From NCBI RefSeq assembly GCF_009914755.1, contig NC_060936.1: DNA of 64,000 nucleotides; one strand, given 5' to 3'. Positions 1 through 13,550 of this stretch are shown here, piece by piece. Each line of letters begins with the position of its first letter. The stretch's first letter is position 1. The position numbers and the translations under genes were made by a program. Under the pieces are notes generated by a model. It saw only the letters and a list, made by a program, of their open reading frames with translations. It searched no databases and had not been told where the DNA came from. This DNA is from the human T2T-CHM13v2.0 reference genome, Homo sapiens.

Positions 1-103
1 ACCATGTTGGTCGGGCTGGTCTTGAACTCCTGACCTCAAGCAATCCACCTGCCTCAGCCTCCCAAAGTGCTGGGATTACAGGTGTGAGCCACCACGCTGG
101 GCC
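1..103 (-). mobile_element. Alu (left monomer), cut by window start
   Basis: Reverse complement of the Alu 5' half: ...ctcctgacctcaag...cccaaagtgctgggattacaggtgtgagccaccacgctgggcc. Confidence 0.97.
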
Positions 104-149
104 CCATGTATATTCTTTATATATCTTAAATGTCTAATACAATGATGGT

Positions 150-375
150 GATAATAGCTACCATTTGTTGAGTACTGTGCCCTATACATTGTTCTAAGTG
201 CTTTGCATGATTATCTAAGGTAATACAACAGTTCTATGAAGTAAGTATTGTTATCCCCATTTTACAGAAGTTGAAACTAAGGCTCAGAGAGGTTAAGTAA
301 TTTGTGCAAGGTAAGTAGTAAAGCTAGCATTTGCATCAAGTTTGAGCAAAACTTGTGCTGCTAACCCCTGAGCTA
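150..375 (-). mobile_element. MIR SINE
   Basis: MIR core in reverse: ttatccccattttacagaagttgaaactaaggctcagagaggttaagtaatttg. Confidence 0.85.
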
Positions 376-2019
376 TATTCTGCACAGAGTAGTGGCTCAG
401 TAAGGGATAGATGATCATTGAAACTTAATGGTGTACTTAGAGGTAATCAAAAACAGTAGATAATCCAAACAGTGAATAATAAAGAAACAATTTCTATTTG
501 CTTTTTGGAATATAGAAGAGACACACTTAGTGACACATGCAAGCTTATATTCAGACATTCTCTCATTCACCTTCACTGTGTCCCACCCTGCAGTCAGTAG
601 CTTGGAAAGGGTGAGGGGCTAGGTATAAAATAACTCATTGAAAGTCATGTGTGTATACATGCTTTGTGGACACATGTTTGCATTGGGCTGGAAATAGGCA
701 TTAAAGAGTAAGGTATGCTTATCTCCGTAGGTCCATCAACATATTTGTTAGACTTTTTGTGTATGTTGTGTATGTGTGTGTACAAATCCTGAATGAGTTA
801 AACCAGCTATAGGGAACTGGCTGCCTTCCACCCCTGATCTTGGCTGATGTGTTTGTACCAAACCCTGATATTTATTTTTCATCACCTCTCAAGGGAACTT
901 CAATGAGTTTTCTTTCTGGGAAGTTTATGGCTAAGATGCTGGGCTGCTTTGGGGCCCTTATAAATCTGCTATAATCAGAGGAGGTTTGCAGAGAAAGAGA
1001 AACAGCAGCCACAAGGCAATCCTCTCCTGTCCTTTACTTTCTAGCCTAACACACAGTCGCCCTTGTATGAGTACCACCCACATCTACCATCACTCTCCTA
1101 GAACCCCTTGATAGAAGGTGCTCAGATAATTCGTTTTATTTATTTCTTTGCTTCTAAGTGGGCCTCTATACTTTGTCAGAAAGAGGAGAATTAAAAAATG
1201 TACAAATACATCTACAGTTGAGATTATGAGAAACTGGTTATTTAAACAGTGGTTCTGTTTTATTAAAAAAAAACAAAAAGAATGAGAACAAACTTTTGCA
1301 GAAGCAAGGATGGTAAGAGGAGTTGAAAGCCCCTGCATGCTTTTGTAGAAAACTTTAAGAAAAGATTGTCTGTGATGCTCCTGGAAGCAAAAAGCTGGAT
1401 GATCTGAACATTATTAGGAGGCAAACACAACACAGGAATTCCCTTCCTCCATCTTTCAATGCTGGTAGTTGGGAGATTTTTTTATGAGGGATTTTTATGA
1501 CAAACTTTACTTTATATTTGACATTTAACAGCATCTCCTGTCCAGGGCATGAGGAAATATAGATATTTATTGACATATGGTGTCAGAAGATCGAGGAAAA
1601 TTGACTCTGGAGAAGGAAGGGGGAGGGGTTTCTCCCTTTCCCTAGGTATGCAAATTACCCAGCTTAATTTGTGTAGCATATGCTTTTCTGTGCTTTGTGC
1701 TTTTCTCAGTAATGAGATTAAGAAATCATTTCATTGTTAATAAAGAACTCAGTGGGGGAAGAGGGAAGATGAGAGACATATAGAAGGAAGCACAATGGGC
1801 ACCCTGTCCTGTTTGAACCTTATATGCATTCCTTAAATAACACTGGATACAATAGACGTGGGGACAAATGGAACCTGAACTGGGATCCAGGTCCTGGTTC
1901 TTGTCATCCTTTTTTAAAACCTCAAGCTTCTGCAGTTTTATCTTGAATTTCACTGTTCTTTGCATTTCTAATAATAAATAGCAGTTCCATATCAAATGAT
2001 CCCCAAAATCAAGAATTCC

Positions 2020-2330
2020 TTCCCATTAGCTGTCTTTTCCCTGGAATTCCTTCCTCCCAATTTCTGACTGCTGAAATCCTACACAATCATCATGGCTTAG
2101 CTTAGATGTTACCCCCTGTCCGAGCCTTCCTGGATAGCCCTACCTGGAAGCAATTTCTTTACTTTCAACTCCTATCCTCCTTTGACTGATTGTCAGCTAT
2201 AGTTGTGCGTCTTCTGTTTCTCCCTTACTCAACTATAAGCTTTTGGAGCAGAGGGACTGTGTCCTGAATATTTTATATTCTCTACACAATGTTTAACATA
2301 GAGCAAACAATTGTTAAATAAATTTAATGA
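2020..2330 (+). mobile_element. L2 LINE 3' end
   Basis: L2-like 3' motifs (actataagcttttggagcagagggactgtgtc) and a degenerate aatgaa tail; boundaries approximate. Confidence 0.65.
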
Positions 2331-2333
2331 AGC

Positions 2334-2717
<384 letters not shown>

Positions 2718-2745
2718 TTATGGATATTTTAAAGACATTAGTGTT

Positions 2746-3056
<311 letters not shown>

Positions 3057-3399
3057 TTATTGTTAATACATGATGATCTCACTCCAACTTGAACTCTAAT
3101 ATGTTGTCATAAAAAGGCTATTTACGTGAGTTTATAATAGCATAAAATGTATATGATGGTGTATTTTTTTAAGTGTATATTATTTTTATTTTTAAGTGTA
3201 TGTTATTTAAGCAATGTAAAAAATTGTTCATAGAAAAATCTGGAAATAAACGTCAAAATGCTAAGAAAGAAGATACTATTGTTATTAAGATCTGGACATG
3301 ATATATATCATATTATAGGGAAGTTTTTATCCCTCTGGTAGGTTTATTCCCTTATAACTTATTTATTCATCATCCATTCTTTTTTTCATTTAAATATAG

Positions 3400-3560
3400 A
3401 GCTTTTTCTAGTGCGGAACAGTCAATAAGCAAGAAAACAAGCAATTAAATGATTACAGATTATGATAAATACCTGAAGGACATAAACAGGTTCTTGCTAT
3501 AGAGACTAACAGGGAATCTTCCTTCTTTAGATAAGAAGATTATGAAAGGCCTTTCTTGTC
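3400..3560 (-). mobile_element. L2 fragment
   Basis: aaacaagcaattaaatgattacagattatgataaat... resembles antisense L2a. Confidence 0.55.
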
Positions 3561-3657
3561 ACTGTAATATATTTACCCTACTATAATTATGAGTTAATTC
3601 AATGTATAACCTGAATAACAGTAATAATAAAATCAATAATTGAATAAGAATGACAGC

Positions 3658-3677
3658 CTTCCCACCAGGGGGCGTTG
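3658..3677 (+). promoter_or_regulatory. CTCF motif
   Basis: CCACCAGGGGGCG at 3662-3674 matches the canonical CTCF core; CpG retained. Confidence 0.65.
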
Positions 3678-6504
3678 TTCCAACTGAGCCTTAGGTTTGG
3701 CTCCTACCTTGGGCCACCCTTGCACCCTCCCTTCTGCCTTGGGAAGAGGCACAGTCAGGGCCCTCCCCTTGCCTCAGGATGGACCCTGCCCCCTCTTCTC
3801 TAGCCTAGGAGCCAGCAAGCAAAACAGGTGTTAAGAGCTTTGATCTTGCAGGAAACTTGGAGACAGATCAAGGTAGAGGCCTCTGAAATAATGACTGGGG
3901 ATGTGAGAAGCTGGGGGAAGAGATGGAGACAGAGGCAGACAAAAGGAGACACAAATTGCTGTCACAGAGACTTCCTTTTAGCCTCCCATCTCAGTCTCAG
4001 TAGGTTCTGGGCTCTGTACTTCTTGGGGGAGCAGGTCAGGGCCTTTAGGGTTTTGAGGAGAGGAAGGATGTCCCCTGGGTGACTTTAGAGACCCTCTTGG
4101 TCATTCCCGGATCCTGATATAAGGCTAAAGGCAACCAAGGCTTTGAGAAGCATGCGGTCTGCCAATTCCCCAGCAGCCTCAGGTAGTCCTTTCATTGCCA
4201 GGGTCTTGCTTTGACCACGTTCCTGCCCCTCTCCTCCTGGTACAAGTTGGTGGCATGAGTTCATGTCTCTTGTAGAGTATTGATCACATGCCCCACCACT
4301 GCTTCCTGTTGGGATAACACACTTCGGTTGTTAGCTCAGGAATAATCATTCCCCTTCTCACAAAGGACTTGACCTCCTTGGTCATGCTGAGGAACACCTC
4401 AGACTGCTGAGAAGTTCTTACTTCAGTTAATGCAAGTTTCTCTAATTAAAGTTGTAGCCTTCACCTCTCTTCAGCCTTCTCCCACCCCGCTGAGACCAGC
4501 CTCTCTGCAAGCAACATCCTGAACAAGGATAGAGATTATACTTTTGCTTCAAGATAAACCGTACCTCTTTGCTCCACTCATGCACTTAGAGGACTCATAT
4601 TGCTGGCTTTGAAGAGGTACTTAGAAGAGAAAGAACTGCAATTCCTACTAGCTGCTAAGGTTGTGCATAAGACAGACTTCTGATCATCAGAGATGGACAC
4701 GGACTTTAGAATAGTGGTACCTCCATAGCCTTTGAAGTCAAACAGCTAAATTCTTGTCTTAGCTGGATCACTTACATCACCTAAAGTATGAGGCATGGAA
4801 GAGCAGTTGCACAGCTTCTTCCATCTGCACTTGGGCCAGAACCTGAGATTATACACTGAAGTTGGCTTTAGGTCTGGTCAGGAACTTTATGCTGTGGGTG
4901 CAAGGTAAATGAGGTGGAAGAGAAAGTAACATTGCTTGAAAGAGGAAAGGAAGAGTGAAACAAGAACATATATGGAGGGAGTGGAATAGTTAAGCTGACT
5001 CCTGAACCCACGGATCCCAGATTTAGATAGGGCACAGAGTTAATAATCTCTTAGATTATTATTATCTTACTATCTTAGTTCTTGGCTGGAAGTCCTTTGG
5101 AGTCTATCCCTCAGTGGGTGGCCCTGTTATTTGTTCCCTTTTTAAGCAGATGGAACAGGGCTCAGTGCAGGCCAGTGTGGATTCTGGTGCCAGGGTGACA
5201 TTAGTGCAGGCAAATATGACAGATTTTCCCGAGGAACTATGTTCAAAAACAGTAGGAGAGGAGGAAAGGATGGGAGCTGGAGGAAGAAAGAGGGTTAGAT
5301 TATCCTCTCTGGGTTCCTTGAATGAGGGGATGAGATAGAAGATGAGACTTTAGTCAAAATCATGGTCTCTATCAACTACTTTGCTCTCATGCTTTATCCT
5401 TTTTCAACTACTTTCCAAAAAACCACATTGCTAATAATTTCCCTGATCCTTTACTCCACATCATGTGAGTTTATCTTGTCAAGTTACCCCTGAGCAGACA
5501 CTCCTATGGCCCACGTCAGTCAGGGGAACATCTTGAAGTCCCAAGTCTCTTCCACAGCAGGCTCTGCAACACCAAGGCAGCATCTGTATTGGGAATTTCT
5601 CTCTTAGACCTAAACTCATTTCCCTTTCCTGTGAACAGCTGTCTGCCTATCTCCCCATTAGTCTCTCCTCTTCTTTTTTCCCCCTTCTCACCAGGCCTAT
5701 TTCTTTCTATAACCACGGAGCAGAGTCAGGGAGACTGTTCTGTACGTTTCATTCACTCTACTCCATTCTTCCCCTGCAACCCCGCTCACCCCTGTCTCCA
5801 ATCCTCTTAACTCCTTCCATCCACCACCTGGCCAGTCCTTCTTGCTTGCTTGCTTTCTCATTTCCATTCCCTTTCTTCCCTCCCAATTTTCTTCATCTAT
5901 GATTCTAAGCTTGAGGAGGTGGGAAGATAAGTTATAGGGGCAGTGTGCATGAGGGAGTGGGCTTCGGGCACAGCAGAAGTCACTGTGGTTAGGCATCAGG
6001 AAGGACTAGCAGGAAGAACCTGCTAGACATTGACATGGGTGGCCTAAGGGGCAGTTACCTCCTGACTCATCTTTCCTAATAGATGGGGCAGGGGTGAAGG
6101 TGATAGAGACTTAAATAAAATGTGGTTAGAATAAAGGGACAGAGAAAGGGAACTCCTTAGTCCTATAGAGCAGCATTTTCTTACCCATTCTTTCTTCTCA
6201 ATTTCTTAATTCAGAATTTGCTTCGTGGGCTTATAATGTAAGTGGTGATCCTTAAGGAGGTGGTAGGGGGCATGATTATATCCTAGACTCTTGCTCTATC
6301 CCAGCCTCAGCATAGGTTACCTTCTCTGGCCACATTATTGCTTAGACATAACCTCAGCCTTTGCCTTCATTTAGTTGATAATAGCTCAATTTTGGAAGTT
6401 GGGTGGCTACAGAAACATGGTGACTACAGGTTCTTTGGTGAATGGGATTCCTATTTTTATTTGTTCGTTTATCCTATTATGAGTAGGCCAGAGATAATAA
6501 TGAT

Positions 6505-6710
6505 GTTGATAATAACAGCAGCAACAACTATTTATTGAGCAGTTATAATACATTAATACTGGGTACATACTCCATCTTATTTAATTCTACAAGGAGTCTG
6601 TGAAATAGGCAGCATTATTCCTGTTTTACAGTTAAGGGTCTGATGTTCCTTGCTCATGAAATTATGCCCATTTGACTCTAAAATCTTGCTCCTCACTACC
6701 ACTGTGCTAT
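6505..6710 (-). mobile_element. MIR SINE
   Basis: tatttattgagc...attattcctgttttacag, antisense MIR. Confidence 0.7.
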
Positions 6711-7865
6711 ATTGTACAACTATCTTTTGGAGATCTTTAGGTAAAAAGAATTCTTCTTATCCTTAGTGCCCCTGTTTGGTTTGAAGCAGCATCTGGAACA
6801 TCTAAGAGGTATTGACTATCAGCTGTGGAAAACTGGTAGATTTTGAAGGAGATGGTGGAACCGTTTTTCTCAGTAATGATAGGAGGATGGCTGAGAGACC
6901 CTTTTGAACACAGACAGAAATGCTTTTTAGCTGTACCTAGAACAATGTGTGGCATATGATAGGAACTGTGGGTTTAGTGAAGAGAATGCCCGTAGTCAAT
7001 CTGGAAGTAGTGAACCTTATAAGAATCCAGAGTAATCTGTGATCATTACCTAATCTCCTCTACACCGCCTCAGAGGGATGGTGATTCCGGGGTGTCTGGG
7101 GTTGTTGGCAGAAGAATGATCATCTGTTTTCTGGATTATTTGTGGCAGAGTTTGAATCCTAGACTAGTTCAACTCAATGACAGTCTCCTTGCCCAAACCA
7201 ATTCTCCCTGCTCTGTGCTAGCCCTACTATAGAACTTCTAATATTTATTTGAGTTAAATGGAATTAATAAGGCAAGTTTTAAATAAAATATTATGTAGCA
7301 CTTTCTGGAGTCTCTGCATCAATTGAGGGGACAGTCATGGATAAACCTAATTAATAATCAAATTTTTAAGTAACCAAAATGCCATTTTAGTTTAGAATTG
7401 ATCCTGAAACAGAACATATATTGTGTTCTTAGAATTCACAAAATTTCAGATGGAGTAGTGGGGCTTCCCTAAGGAGGTTCAAATTGTCTCAGGGAGACAG
7501 ACACTCTCTGGTCTCCATTTGCTCCCTGTGTCCACCCTCTGAACAGGCTACCACAAGTAACCTGCCTATGCAGACAGGACCTTCCTTTTTGTTAATCAAA
7601 TTAAATATTGTCATCATTTATTTTTAATGGTGCCATCTGAAAGACAGAAGGGTGCCCATGATGACCAGCTCAGGTCTAGGAATGTGAGATCCTCAGGCAC
7701 TGGATTCTGCAGCCCTGCATCTCAAGGGCTGAGGAAAAAGCTTTGCAGCTGGTGAAGGTGACAAAATCAAGCTGCTTTATAGACCTGAGAGAACTTAAGT
7801 GAGGGAGAATGTGGAAGGGGGGTAGGTTGGAATAAGCAGGCGGCTTGGGATGCTCCTTGGTACTG

Positions 7866-7893
7866 GCTCCTTGGCAACGGTTACTTAGCAACC
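7866..7893. promoter_or_regulatory. Tandem RFX X-box motifs
   Basis: GCTCCTTGGCAAC (7866-7878) immediately followed by near-palindromic GGTTACTTAGCAACC (7879-7893). Confidence 0.5.
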
Positions 7894-9879
7894 CTCATTC
7901 ACCTCTCGGCTGCCTTCTCCTGCCACCCCCCGCCCCATCTCCCTCCCTTAGCTGCTGCAAGGAGCTAGAGAGCTTGGAGTGAATGACAATTTGGAGAAAC
8001 AGCCGCAGCCTGAAGATCTAAGAGGCTCTAAAGAAGATGGATAAGAAAATCGATGCATAATAAAAACTGCAGGCAAAGCCACCTTGACGGAGGGCGGGTG
8101 GCTCTCTCCTCCCACCCTCGTTAGTCTCTCCAGGCTCAAGTCCTCTACCTTATCCCCGTGTCCTCTCTTTCTTTGCATCTACCTTTTTGTGGTTTAGGGA
8201 GGGCTATTTGCCTTTGACATGGAAAGGGAAGCAAGGAACATAGGGCAGAAGAAAACAACGTATATGCGGGATGTATGTAGGGGTGCTGGGGTAAGGCAGG
8301 GAAGCTTGCTAAGGCAGGGATTATAAGAGAGATGCTTTGAATGCAAAGGGGTTTAAACTGCACCATAAAGTAATGCCCTTATTCAAAAGGAAAGCCTCAA
8401 TAATGGAGGTGGGAAGGCACATGTGTGAAGTTACCCTCTTGCTTACCCTCTGTAAGATATTAAAGAAAAAGGTATAAGCAACCTTTCTGGAAGGGCTGGG
8501 CTGGAGTATGGCCTGGATAAATGAGTTACTGTATATATAAGTACCTATGACAGGCACCTAGTAGGGATACTATAAATATCACTTTCTTTTCTTTCTCAGA
8601 AGCTAAGGCTAGAGGAAAAGACATTTTGGAGGTACCATGTTGGCCTGAGAAGCTGTGGACCAATTCTGTGACTATCACTGGTTCTGGCTCTTCAGAGATT
8701 TCCATTCACAGGGTCAGGAAGTCCTTTATGATATTAAATTTCATCCCATTTTGTTGAAGTTAGACATTTGATCTATTAATCAACCCTTTATTCCTTAGTG
8801 TTTCATGAGCACCAGCTAGCTACCAGACACTGTGAAATAGGTGCTAGGAGCCCCATGTCTATTTGTGATACAGAGTTTCAGTATTATGCATGGCGGGTGG
8901 AATAGAGATTCAGTAGGGAGTGGGAGTCTCACATGAGATTGTACATATGAGTGTGCTTTGAGAATTGTAAAGGATGATATCGTTGTAAGTGGTATTGATG
9001 AGGGGATTGATTTCAGGGTTTGAAGTTCTGCCCTCTAGTAGGGAGTAGAAGGGATTTGGGGCTGGGGGTGGGGTAGAACTCATTCCAACCAGTCCAGTCC
9101 TGTTGGGAACATGCTCTGTTCCAGGGAACGCTAGGGCCTAGGACCACAGTGCTGAGTGGTGAAGGACTGGGACTGAAGAAAAATCCTGCTGCTGCCTGGC
9201 CCAGGCATATCTGCCATGCTCCCCTTCTGCTTGTTTACTTTCTACTTTCTTTCAAAGAGGGTGAGGCTCTTAGTAAGTCATCTATTTCCTGTCATTCAAG
9301 GCATTCAAAAAGTTCCTTCTTTTCAAGGATGCTTTCCTGGACTAGAGGAGAGCTGGTGACTTCCTTGGTCTCACTGTGCCTGGACGTGGAACGCCCCCCC
9401 ATTTCCTACCCCTCTCCCACCTCAATTTTAAAATTCCGTCCTCCTCTCTCAATTTGCACACGTCTTGGTCCTTATTCTCAATTACATTGACTTCTGTGGG
9501 GTATTATAATTTCATATTTCAGCCTATTATCTTTTGATTTTTTCTTTTTTTTGGATTCATTTGTCCTTTATTTATTATATCATTGTGACTATTTTATGAG
9601 GCCTTAAAGTGCAAAAGACTATCTATGTAATTTCTCTGTATAACACCCAGCCCAGAAGTATGTGCATATGAACAATGAAGAAAAACTTAATGATGGTACC
9701 CTTGTGTCCTGGTGCCTCCTATATCAAATATACATCCCACATTCCCACCTTTGTGATCTTCTACCCATCACTGCCCACCTCCTCCCTCCCCAGGTTGCCC
9801 ACTCTGTTTTTTATAACTCTGCAACTTGGACTCTTTTTGTGCTTGATTCTGAACATAAAACACTCAAAATATTATTGAG

Positions 9880-10450
9880 GGGGAGGAGGAGCTCTTAGTT
9901 TAAGAAGGAGTCAGGCTATACAAGTCAGAGCCAGATAAATGCAGACAAATAAAATTGTACATTGGATACCAGATACTAAGAGTACATAGTATAAAAGTGG
10001 TGTTGGAATTAGAAATTTGACTTACTCAGGGAAGGCTTCCTGGAGGAGAATACTGAGCAGGCTTTGAAAGAAAGAAAGACATAGACCTTTTGAAAGAAAG
10101 GAATGGATAGATAAAAAGACATAATAATGTGTCAGAGGTCTATGTCTTTGGAGGCAGAGAGAAGAGAAGCAGATTTGCTTTGCTGAAAGCAAAGAGTGAG
10201 CATCGTGGAATCATAGCATAAAGTTAAGCTCTGAAACTTAAGCTGAGGAATAGCGATTTGAAATTAGGGACAATTGTGAGCCACTGCTGGCCTCCCACAA
10301 GGGGATAAGTCAGGATGATGGTGAAAGTTAAGGTTGTTGAGTAGAGAATGGATAGATGGAAACCAGAAGCTCTTAGGAGGCTGCTTCTATTGTCTTAATT
10401 CTGACCAAAGACTTGGTCAATGATCCGACTAGAGTGTGGGGAGAATAGGG
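9880..10450 (-). mobile_element. L2 fragment (old)
   Basis: cagggaaggcttcctggaggag...ctgagcaggctttgaa is a typical antisense L2 motif. Confidence 0.6.
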
Positions 10451-11273
10451 AGGTGAAGGCCTGATGGGTGGGGAGGGGGTGAAGAAACAAGGAACACATT
10501 GTTTCCCTAGAGCTTGCATCACAGACTTCTCTTTGAACAAAACCCTCTGTTTTCAGCCTGTGCTGACTCATCCCTCGCCTTTCCCCCTTCTCTACCAGAG
10601 GAGCTCTTGCAGCCCTAGTAGACACCTGTTGCCACTGCTGGTGGTCACAATGATGGGACAGGATGTCCCCACTGGCCAGAACTCCTGGATTTTAACCTTT
10701 TGTGTTTCTGTTTTGTCTGTTTTTTTAGATCTTCACCTGAGTCCAAAGAAAAATGGAAAGAAACTTTGACACTCACTCTCCTTCTGGGTTGGATGACCCT
10801 TGAGTTATTTCAGATTTCATGTGGAGGTGCTAGAATTTCCTGGGCTTTCCTTGGCCATTGTGTTGCTCAGGTCGCTGTCCCCAAGCTTTTTCACAATATC
10901 TGTGAGGGGCTGGGAGAGGTGGTGGTTAAGGTTGAGGAGGAGAATGGGCTCCTTGCTGGGGTGTTGAGATCCTTAGACCTAATACCCTAAAAGGTTTATT
11001 CAGAAAAGGTAAATAAGATGATGTCAGGCCTAGGAATGGCAGGATGGAGAAAATCATTTCTCCAGACTTGGAGTTTAGGACTACTGGGAGAAACTAGAGT
11101 AGGAAGCTTCCTAGAGAAGGGGAGTTGGGATATAACAAATGTGATAAAGTAGGCTAGATGCTGAGGGTTTCAAGAATAAAGATAGAGAGAAAGTCAGCAG
11201 TGATTGAGTAGGTTAGTGTTTCTCTCTTAGGTGTATTCCTGTGGGCCTACACAAGCTGAAGTAGGAAGGCCCC

Positions 11274-11687
11274 TATGTTAGTCCATTTGTGTTGCTATAA
11301 AAGAACTTTAGAAAGAAAAGGAGTTTATTTGGCTCGTGTCCTGCAGGCGGTATAAGTAGCTTGATGCCAACATCTGCTCCTGATAAGGGCCTCAGCCTGC
11401 TTCCACTCATGGTAGAAAGTGAAGTGGAGCCAGTTTGTGCAGAGATCACATGGCAAGAAAGGAAGCAAGAGGGAGGGGAGGGAAGTGCCAGGCTCTTTTT
11501 AACAACCAGCTCTTGTTGGAGCTAATAAGAATGAGAACTCACTTACCACCCCTACTCGGAAGGACATTAATCCATTCATGAGGGATCCACCCCTATGACC
11601 CAAATACCTCCCATTAGGTGCCACCTCCAACATTGGGGATCAAATTTCAACATGAGGTTTGGGGTAATAAACATTCAAACTGTAGCA
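11274..11687 (-). mobile_element. MSTB-type (MSTB1-like) ERVL-MaLR solo LTR
   Basis: Termini (ta)tgttagtccattt...cattcaaactgtagca; internal MST motifs; 5-bp TSD gcccc at 11269-11273 and 11688-11692. Confidence 0.9.
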
Positions 11688-11846
11688 GCCCCCAAAGCAG
11701 GTTATCCTACCCAACCTGCCTTACTAGAACCAAACTGAAATGAAGGAAGTGAGTATTTATAGAGCATTTACTAGGTTCTAGGCACTAGTCTACTCTTTCC
11801 ACATGTTTTCTCATTAAGTTAAATCCTCATTAAAAAACCCATACAT

Positions 11847-12176
<330 letters not shown>

Positions 12177-12420
12177 TTAAGGTCTCAGCTAATAACTGGT
12201 GGAGCAGGAAGGCAAACTCACTTTTTCTGACTTAAGAATCATTGCTTTTTCCATGACACTATAATGCATTTCTATTTCAGAAATTCCCTTCTTCAGTTGG
12301 GCACTATGGTGTCTTCAATCACATTACATGCATAATCACGTGTGTAAGGCACAACATTAAATGCCATGAGTAAAAAAGAAAGGCAGTCCCTACACTCCAG
12401 ATGCTTGAAATCATTTGGGG

Positions 12421-12453
<33 letters not shown>
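12421..12453 (+). repeat. (CA)n microsatellite
   Basis: Directly visible, about 16 units with one interruption. Confidence 0.98.
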
Positions 12454-12455
<2 letters not shown>

Positions 12456-12839
12456 ATATTTAAGTATGGCATTAGAAAACTATGTCAGTCAGTAAGACAA
12501 TGCCCTGTGAGTGGTAACCACAATTAAGTGCTATTGGAATTCTGGGAAGGGAGGGAGAATTGTGATGGACTGGCTAGAGAAAACTTCATAGAAGTGGTAG
12601 GATTTTAAGAAAAATTTTGAGAATAGACAGAACATTCTACATTAATGAAATGACTCATAGTTATGGAAGCAAGAAAGCAAAAGGTATTCTACACACACTA
12701 AACAGAGCTTTCTCTAAACTTTTTGAAGTCCAGGATGATATATATTCACATTTGATTTCTTAGCATACCGAATATATAGTAGCTAGATGTTCAATGTATA
12801 TTTGTTCAATGAATGAAACAATGAATGACCCATTTATCT

Positions 12840-13550
12840 GGCACAGAGGGTTCATGTGAGGGCATTTTGAAAGAGATGAATAGAACTGTAGGCTCTAGAA
12901 GAGGGGATGAAAAGATGTGTAAAAACTGCTTAAATGAGATCTTTCTTGAGTCAGTGGGCAGATAACTTAGAAAAGAGATGAGAGGCAGGGAGAACTTTTA
13001 GGATGCTTATGTAGAAGCTTAGATGATAAATGCTAAAAGACTAAACTAGGACCATGGCATGCAAATAGAAATGCATGGATGGAAGTACCAACATTGTGAA
13101 AATGTGATGAACAAAACTTGGTTACTAATGGACTTTGGTGGCGTAGCGGTGGGGAGGGTGGGTAAGACGGGAGAAAAGGGAAAATAAAGAGGAGTCAAAG
13201 ATGAGGGTAGAGGTTCTCAGCTTTGATTATTAGTAGAATAGTGGTACCACTAACAGAAAAAGAGGATGCTAGAAGAAGAGCCTGGTTTTGAAGGGAGTGT
13301 AAATTACATTTTAAATTAAGTCGGTTTAAGGTGCTGGTGGAGCCCCCATTCATCATACACTAGAAGTGGGAGACTATAGGGAATGTGACCAGCTCTGGAA
13401 GAACAGATTCAGAACTCACCCACACAGAAGTAAAAATTGAAGCCATGAAATGGATGAGATAATTGAGGGAAAACAGTGTCGAGAGGGAAAACTGGAAAGT
13501 TGAAGGTAACTTTGGGAAGGAGATAGTATACAATAGGGCCACTTTAACAT
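12840..13550 (-). mobile_element. L2 fragment
   Basis: Purine-rich antisense L2 body (ggagtcaaagatga..., gtggtaccactaacaga, gaagccatgaaatggatgagat). Confidence 0.7.
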
